From Halogeometricum borinquense DSM 11551 (GTDB lineage: Archaea; Halobacteriota; Halobacteria; Halobacteriales; Haloferacaceae), in contig NC_014729.1 of NCBI RefSeq assembly GCF_000172995.2, positions 2,220,001 through 2,252,000 of the forward strand: DNA of 32,000 nucleotides, given 5' to 3'. The translations under genes and the position numbers were made by a program. Of the stretch, positions 26,693 to 32,000 are shown piece by piece (position 1 is the stretch's first letter; the number at the start of each line of letters is the position of its first letter). Below the pieces are notes generated by a model. It was not told the DNA's origin and ran no database searches. It saw only the letters and a program-made list of their open reading frames with translations.

Positions 26693-27246
26693 GAGAGTCG
26701 TTCGAGAGATTTCTCGCGGTCTTCGTCTTCGGTCGCGGCACGTTCGCGCTCTGCGAGCGTCTCCAATCGCTCGGTGAGGCACCCGGTCCGTTCGTCAGCG
26801 ATTGTGACGTTCGTCATGGTGCCGTTCTCGAACTCAACCAGTGCAGCACGTGGGACACGGCGCAGTTCCGCTGGTGGACCCAATCGCCCGCGACCCACTG
26901 TCCGAGACTCCGTTGGAAGCGACACGCTGCGTCCATGTTGCCACGCCCACCGCTGGAGTCGGCCGAGGCGGTCTAACGTCGCTCTCGGAACGTCGTCTTC
27001 GGGATAGCCACCGGAGACATCCACGAACCGCTCCCACGTCTCAACGGCCGCAGCGTCCACAACGCCGCGTTCTTCCAGCGTGCGCAACCGTTCGGCCACT
27101 CGGTCGAACTCGTTTTGTCCACCTGTCTGCGTCGGCTCCCGCCACAGTTCGACGCGCATGCCGGATTTATCGGGCGTTTCCTGCCGTTTTGTCTCGTCCT
27201 CGGTCTGATCTTGATTTGCCGGCTCGGACGTGGTGTGTGCTAGCAT
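26686..27246 (-). CDS. hypothetical protein (186 aa; acidic disordered N-terminus, Arg/Trp-rich core)
   Basis: I prefer the start MLAHTTSEP at 27246, because the upstream 57 codons of the track ORF are basic and unlike halophilic proteins. The coding-like acidic C-terminal tail is ERERAATEDEDREKSLERLSY. No family recognised. Confidence 0.5.
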   Translation of the reverse strand: MLAHTTSEPANQDQTEDETKRQETPDKSGMRVELWREPTQTGGQNEFDRVAERLRTLEERGVVDAAAVETWERFVDVSGGYPEDDVPRATLDRLGRLQRWAWQHGRSVSLPTESRTVGRGRLGPPAELRRVPRAALVEFENGTMTNVTIADERTGCLTERLETLAERERAATEDEDREKSLERLSY

Positions 27247-27394
27247 AGTCCCACCTTTCTGTACTGTACACAGTCCGATTACATCTACCTGACGGCACCT
27301 CACACGCTGGCGAACACTCTGTGTGCGCTGAAACACTCGCGTGATGTGAGTTTCGAGTCGGAAGTCCCGGAGAGGACTCCGATGCTTCAGGGGA

Positions 27395-27399
27395 TTTAA
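27395..27399 (+). promoter_or_regulatory. TATA-like box of proS
   Basis: gATTTAAg is centred about 29 nt upstream of ATG 27426. Confidence 0.4.
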
Positions 27400-27425
27400 G
27401 GCCGCAGTGGGGTTCAATACCGGTA

Positions 27426-28892
27426 ATGAGCGACGAACAGGAACTCGGCATCACCGAGTCAAAGGAGTATAACACGGGCGAGTGGTACGCGGAGGTCGTC
27501 CAGAAGGCTGGTCTCGCCAACTACGGTCCCGAGGGGATGAGCGGTTTCATCGTCACGCGACCGCGCGCGTACGCGCTCTGGGAGCGAGTACAGGGGTTCC
27601 TCGACGCGAGGTTCAAGGACACGGGCGTTCAGAACGCCTACTTCCCCCTGTTTATTCCCGAAAGCTATCTCGAACGTGAGAAAGACATCGTCGAGGGCTT
27701 CGACCCGGAAGTCGCGTGGGTGACGCAAGCAGGCCACGACGAACTCGAGGAACGACTCGCAGTTCGACCCACTTCTGAATCTATCATCGCACCGTATATG
27801 TCTCAGTGGGTCCGCAGTCACCGTGACCTGCCCCTGCGTGTGAATCAGTGGGCCTCAGTCGTGCGGTGGGAGGCGACGGAGACGAAGCCGTTCTTCCGCA
27901 CCAAGGAGTTCCTCTGGCAAGAGGGCCACACCGCACACGCGACCGCTGAAGCGGCGTGGGACGAGACGATGACCCGTCTCGACCAGTACGAGTCCGTTTA
28001 CGAGGATCTGCTTGCGATCCCCGTCCTCCGCGGCGCAAAGCCCGAACACGACAAGTTCCCCGGTGCGAACACGACGACGACCGTCGAGGCGCTCATGCCG
28101 GACGGCAAGTCCGTGCAGGGTGCGACCTCGCACGACCTCGGTACCTCGTTCGCAGAGGCCTTCGATCTCACATATACCGACGAGGACGAGGAATCGCAAG
28201 TGGCCCACACCACCTCGTGGGGCCTCTCGTGGCGCGCACTCGGCGCGCTCATCATGACCCACTCGGACGATCAGGGTCTCGTCCTACCGCACACCGTCGC
28301 GCCCGAGCAGGTCGTCATCGTCCCCATCTGGCAGGCCGACACGCAAGAGAAAGTGCTGGAGTACGCCGAATCCATCAGCGAAGAACTCGAAGACGCCGGA
28401 ATCCGCGTCGAACTCGACGACCGCGACGAGCGAAATCCCGGCTTCAAGTTCAACGAGTGGGAACTGAAAGGCGTCCCCGTCCGCTTCGAAATCGGACCGA
28501 ACGAGGTTGACGACGACGTTGTGACCGTGGTCCACCGTCCCGACGGCGAGACCAAAGAGGTCGCCCGCGAGGACATCGCAGAAACCGTCCGAGAGGAGTT
28601 CGACGAGGTGTACGCGAAACTGTACGCCGCCGCCGAGGAGAATCTCGAAGAGAACGTCCGCGAGGCCGACTCGCGCGCGGACATCCTCGGAACCATCGGC
28701 CAGCACGGCGGGTACGTGAAAGCGCCGTGGTGTGGTGACGAAGACTGCGAGACGGAGATCAAAGACCAGATCGCCGCGGAAATCGTCATGGTCCCCCTCA
28801 ACGACGAGGAAGCCGAGGTTCACGACGGCGAGGACTGCGCCATCTGTGGCGACGACGCCGACGAGACGGCGTACTTCGCAAAGTCGTACTGA
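27426..28892 (+). CDS. proS: proline--tRNA ligase (archaeal/eukaryotic type)
   Basis: 488 aa. Class II aaRS core (FRTKEFLWQEGHTAH, TSHDLG), an anticodon-binding domain, and a C-terminal Zn-binding domain (APWCGDEDCE...CAICG) ending in the conserved ...AKSY. A TTTAA box lies about 29 nt upstream of the ATG. Confidence 0.93.
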   Translation: MSDEQELGITESKEYNTGEWYAEVVQKAGLANYGPEGMSGFIVTRPRAYALWERVQGFLDARFKDTGVQNAYFPLFIPESYLEREKDIVEGFDPEVAWVTQAGHDELEERLAVRPTSESIIAPYMSQWVRSHRDLPLRVNQWASVVRWEATETKPFFRTKEFLWQEGHTAHATAEAAWDETMTRLDQYESVYEDLLAIPVLRGAKPEHDKFPGANTTTTVEALMPDGKSVQGATSHDLGTSFAEAFDLTYTDEDEESQVAHTTSWGLSWRALGALIMTHSDDQGLVLPHTVAPEQVVIVPIWQADTQEKVLEYAESISEELEDAGIRVELDDRDERNPGFKFNEWELKGVPVRFEIGPNEVDDDVVTVVHRPDGETKEVAREDIAETVREEFDEVYAKLYAAAEENLEENVREADSRADILGTIGQHGGYVKAPWCGDEDCETEIKDQIAAEIVMVPLNDEEAEVHDGEDCAICGDDADETAYFAKSY

Positions 28893-29054
28893 ACACGTTC
28901 CCTGCGTTTTCTCTCATTCCCGTCAGCAGAACAACCATAATTTGCTCTTTTTCCCAGTAATAGCGCCTCTTGCTGTCGATTCACTCATCCAGCAACAAGC
29001 AATAATATGTCCTAATATGTGATAAACAAGCCCTTATTATTTCAGGATAACGTG

Positions 29055-29060
29055 TTTAAA
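29055..29060 (+). promoter_or_regulatory. TATA box of gltB (leaderless-type spacing)
   Basis: TTTAAA is centred about 25 nt upstream of ATG 29082, within an AT-rich 190-nt intergenic region. Confidence 0.5.
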
Positions 29061-29081
29061 TGGGGCCGATAAGTGGGACAC

Positions 29082-32000
29082 ATGACCAAGCCACACAGAG
29101 ACACCCACGTTCAGTCGGACGGGCTTGCGGCCCCAACCGACGAACGCGCGAACTGTGGGGTCGGCGCGGTAATCGACCTCGATGGCGGGGTATGCCACGA
29201 GACGGTTTCGGATGGTCTCGAACTACTAGAGAATCTCGAACACCGGGGCACCACCGGTGCAGAGGCCGACACCGGCGACGGCGCGGGCATCATGATCCAG
29301 CGTCCGGACGAGTTCTTCGACGCCGTCGTTGACGCCGAACTCCCCGAATCGTACGCCGTCGGGTCGATTTTTATGCCAACAGACGACGCTGTCCGCGAGA
29401 TGCTCGTTGATGTCTTCGAGCGCGAACTCGGGGCACACGGACTCGATGTCGTCCACTGGCGAGACGTCCCCACGAACAACGCCGACCTCGGAGCGACGGC
29501 GCTGGATTCCGAACCTGACGTGTGGCAAGCGTTTGTCGTCCCGTCCGAGGACATGTCCGAAGACGGCTTCGACCGTGCGCTCTATATCGCCCGTCGAGCC
29601 GTCGAGAACGCTGTTTCCGAACTCGACGAGCCGGAGACTGCCCGCTTCTACGTCTGCTCGCTCTCCCGAAAGACGCTCGTCTACAAGGGCCTCCTCAAGG
29701 GCGAACAACTCGCTGGCTACTACCCTGATCTGCAAGACGAACGCCTGAAGACGACGCTTACGCTCGTCCACGCGCGATTCTCGACAAACACGCTCGGCGC
29801 GTGGCACCTCGCACACCCGTACCGCCATATCATCCACAACGGCGAGATAAACACCATCCGCGGCAACGTCAACTGGATGCGCGCACGGGAGACGGACCTC
29901 GAACATCCTGACTTCGGTGACGACATTGAGGCGGTCAAGCCCGTGACGAAAGCCGACCAGTCCGACACCGCCTCGGTTGACAACGCGGTCGAACTCCTCC
30001 TTCAGGGCGGCCGCGAACTCCCGCACGTCCTCCGGATGCTCATCCCCGAGTCGTTCCGGGGCGACGACGCGATGGACGAGGAACGCCGCGAGTGGTACGA
30101 CTACCACGCCTCCCTCGTTGAGCCGTGGGACGGTCCCGCTCTCGTCGCCGCCACCGACGGTGACCGCGTGGCCGCCGTCCTCGACCGGAACGGTCTCCGC
30201 CCGTGTCGCTACGACGTGACCACTGACAACACGCTCGTGATGGCGTCGGAAGTGGGGGCACTCGACACCGATCCGGCCGAGATACGCGAACGCGGCCGCC
30301 TCCAACCCGGTCAACTGTTCGTCGCAGATCCCGAGGAAGGACGCGTCATCCCCGACGAGGAGGTGTTCGACTCTCTCACCGACGAGAAGTACGGCGAGTG
30401 GGTCGAAGCCGAACAACACCAGATGTCCGCGCTGGCGGACACCGACGACTACGTACCGCACGATGTTGTCGATGACCTCCGCGCTCGGCAAGCCGCCTTC
30501 GGCTACACGCAGGATCAACTGAACCATCTCGTCGAACCGATGGCCGAACAGGGGAAAGACCCGGTCGGGTCGATGGGTGATGACACCCCGCTGTCTGTTC
30601 TCTCAGACTTCGACCGGCCGCTTTTTACCTACTTCAAGCAACTGTTCGCGCAGGTGACGAACCCGCCGTTAGACTACATCCGCGAGGAACTCGTCACCTC
30701 CTTGGAATCGCGTCTCGGCCCCCAGCGGAACCTGCTTGACGAGACGCCCGAACACGCCAGACAACTCGTTCTCGACTCACCAATCCTCTCGGACGCCGAA
30801 ACGGCCGCCATCAAGGACCTCGACGGCGACATGACCTCAGCCGTCGTGGACATCACCTTCGAGACGGAGACATCGCTTCAGGAGGCCGTCGAACGCGTCC
30901 GTGAAGATGCGAAGGCAGCCATCGAAGACGGCGCGGACATCGTTGTCCTCTCGGACCGCAACCTCGATCCCGAACGGGCGGCCGTCCCGAGCCTCCTCGC
31001 TACGGGCGCAGTCCATCACAACCTCGTCCGCAACGGCCTTCGCAACCACGCCGGCCTCGTCGTGGAATCCGGTGAGCCGAGCGAGGTACACCACATGGCG
31101 ACCCTCATCGGCTACGGTGCGGGCGCGGTCACCCCGTATCTCGCCTACCAGACTATCAGTGACATCGTCGCCGGTCCGGATGGCGCAGACGAGAAAGAAG
31201 CCATCGCGGCCTACACGAAAGCCCTCGAAAACGGCGTGCTGAAGACGATGGCGAAGATGGGCATCTCCACGATCGCCTCTTACCAAGGCGCACAAATCTT
31301 CGAGGCCGTCGGCCTCGATTCTGACTTCGTCGCCGAATACTTCGAGGGGACGGAGATTCGGACCGAGGGAATCGGCATCGACGTCATCGAACAGGACCTG
31401 ATGACTCGCCACGCCATCGCCTACGGCACGGACCCCGACCTGCAACATCAAGGCGAGTACGAACATCGCTCGAACGGAATTCATCACCAGTGGAACCCGA
31501 AGACGGTCGGCACGCTCCAACAGGCGGTTCGCTCGGGCAACTACGAGAAGTATCAGGAGTTCGCCCAGTTGATAAACGACCAGTCCGAGGAACTCCAGAC
31601 GCTCCGCGGTCTTTTGGAGTTCGACTCCGACCGCGACCCGGTTCCGATAGCGGAGGTCGAACCGGTCGAGGACATCGTCGAACGGTTTTCGACGGCGGCG
31701 ATGTCGCTCGGCAGTCTGTCTCCGGAAGCCCACGAGAACAACTCCATCGCCATGAACCGCATCGGCGGAAAGTCAAACACCGGCGAAGGCGGCGAACCGC
31801 CGGAACGCTTCGGGACCGAAAAGGAGTGTAACGTAAAGCAGGTGGCGTCGGGTCGCTTCGGCGTCACCAGCCACTACCTCTCCGCTGCCGACGAGTTGCA
31901 GATCAAGATGGCACAAGGGTCAAAGCCCGGAGAGGGTGGCCACCTGCCCGGCAAGAAGGTCAACGAAATGATCGCGCACGTCCGCTTCGCCACGCCGGGC
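29082..32000 (+). CDS. gltB: glutamate synthase large subunit, 5' part (973 codons; continues beyond the right edge)
   Basis: This frame is open from ATG 29082 to the window end and is not in the ORF track because it has no stop. The Ntn amidotransferase start is ERANCGVGAV. Other motifs are HARFSTNT, HNGEINT, the central domain, and the FMN-domain segment MAQGSKPGEGGHLPGKKV at the edge. TTTAAA lies at 29055-29060. Confidence 0.93.
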   Translation, partial: MTKPHRDTHVQSDGLAAPTDERANCGVGAVIDLDGGVCHETVSDGLELLENLEHRGTTGAEADTGDGAGIMIQRPDEFFDAVVDAELPESYAVGSIFMPTDDAVREMLVDVFERELGAHGLDVVHWRDVPTNNADLGATALDSEPDVWQAFVVPSEDMSEDGFDRALYIARRAVENAVSELDEPETARFYVCSLSRKTLVYKGLLKGEQLAGYYPDLQDERLKTTLTLVHARFSTNTLGAWHLAHPYRHIIHNGEINTIRGNVNWMRARETDLEHPDFGDDIEAVKPVTKADQSDTASVDNAVELLLQGGRELPHVLRMLIPESFRGDDAMDEERREWYDYHASLVEPWDGPALVAATDGDRVAAVLDRNGLRPCRYDVTTDNTLVMASEVGALDTDPAEIRERGRLQPGQLFVADPEEGRVIPDEEVFDSLTDEKYGEWVEAEQHQMSALADTDDYVPHDVVDDLRARQAAFGYTQDQLNHLVEPMAEQGKDPVGSMGDDTPLSVLSDFDRPLFTYFKQLFAQVTNPPLDYIREELVTSLESRLGPQRNLLDETPEHARQLVLDSPILSDAETAAIKDLDGDMTSAVVDITFETETSLQEAVERVREDAKAAIEDGADIVVLSDRNLDPERAAVPSLLATGAVHHNLVRNGLRNHAGLVVESGEPSEVHHMATLIGYGAGAVTPYLAYQTISDIVAGPDGADEKEAIAAYTKALENGVLKTMAKMGISTIASYQGAQIFEAVGLDSDFVAEYFEGTEIRTEGIGIDVIEQDLMTRHAIAYGTDPDLQHQGEYEHRSNGIHHQWNPKTVGTLQQAVRSGNYEKYQEFAQLINDQSEELQTLRGLLEFDSDRDPVPIAEVEPVEDIVERFSTAAMSLGSLSPEAHENNSIAMNRIGGKSNTGEGGEPPERFGTEKECNVKQVASGRFGVTSHYLSAADELQIKMAQGSKPGEGGHLPGKKVNEMIAHVRFATPG

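Noticed and set aside
29226-30527. 433-aa ORF antisense to gltB
   Set aside because: It has the same high-GC antisense signature. The plus-strand frame carries canonical glutamate synthase motifs throughout.

Overview
Gene-dense, high-GC stretch that looks like core chromosome of a haloarchaeon (class Halobacteria). The supported proteins are strongly acidic. Several genes carry a TTTAWA-like box about 25-30 nt upstream of the ATG, the leaderless-transcript layout. One secreted protein has a twin-arginine signal plus lipobox. I support 28 CDS, two of them cut by the window edges. From left to right they are: a partial acyl-CoA ligase, a small Cys-containing protein, acetyl-CoA synthetase, the methylmalonyl-CoA mutase catalytic subunit, a nosL-nosD-nosF-nosY-like module, an FNR-like flavoprotein, 2-oxoacid:ferredoxin oxidoreductase alpha and beta, a small zinc-finger protein, a geranylgeranyl reductase family protein, an aldo/keto reductase, a small membrane protein, a DUF373 membrane protein, SppA, a highly charged coiled-coil protein, a DUF371 protein, an endonuclease III-like glycosylase, a multi-PAS histidine kinase, a small secreted protein, methylglyoxal synthase, aCPSF1, two hypothetical proteins, ProRS and the 5' part of the glutamate synthase large subunit. 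I found no rRNA, tRNA, CRISPR array, transposase or integrase, and no recognisable defence genes. Most of the window is ordinary housekeeping. The only multi-gene candidate for a poorly understood system is the nosZ-less, translationally coupled nosLDFY-like module, whose NosD-like protein carries an extra degenerate NosL-like domain. Smaller items are a 400-nt structured or repeat-bearing non-coding region upstream of the DUF371 gene, an in-frame 15-bp tandem repeat in the glycosylase gene, an AT-rich patch with an orphan secreted protein, a stop-codon-overlapping convergent pair of hypothetical genes, and several palindromes or direct repeats in promoter regions. All family assignments come from motif recognition by eye, since no database search was possible. 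The many long Arg-rich ORFs antisense to or out of frame with real genes are high-GC artefacts.
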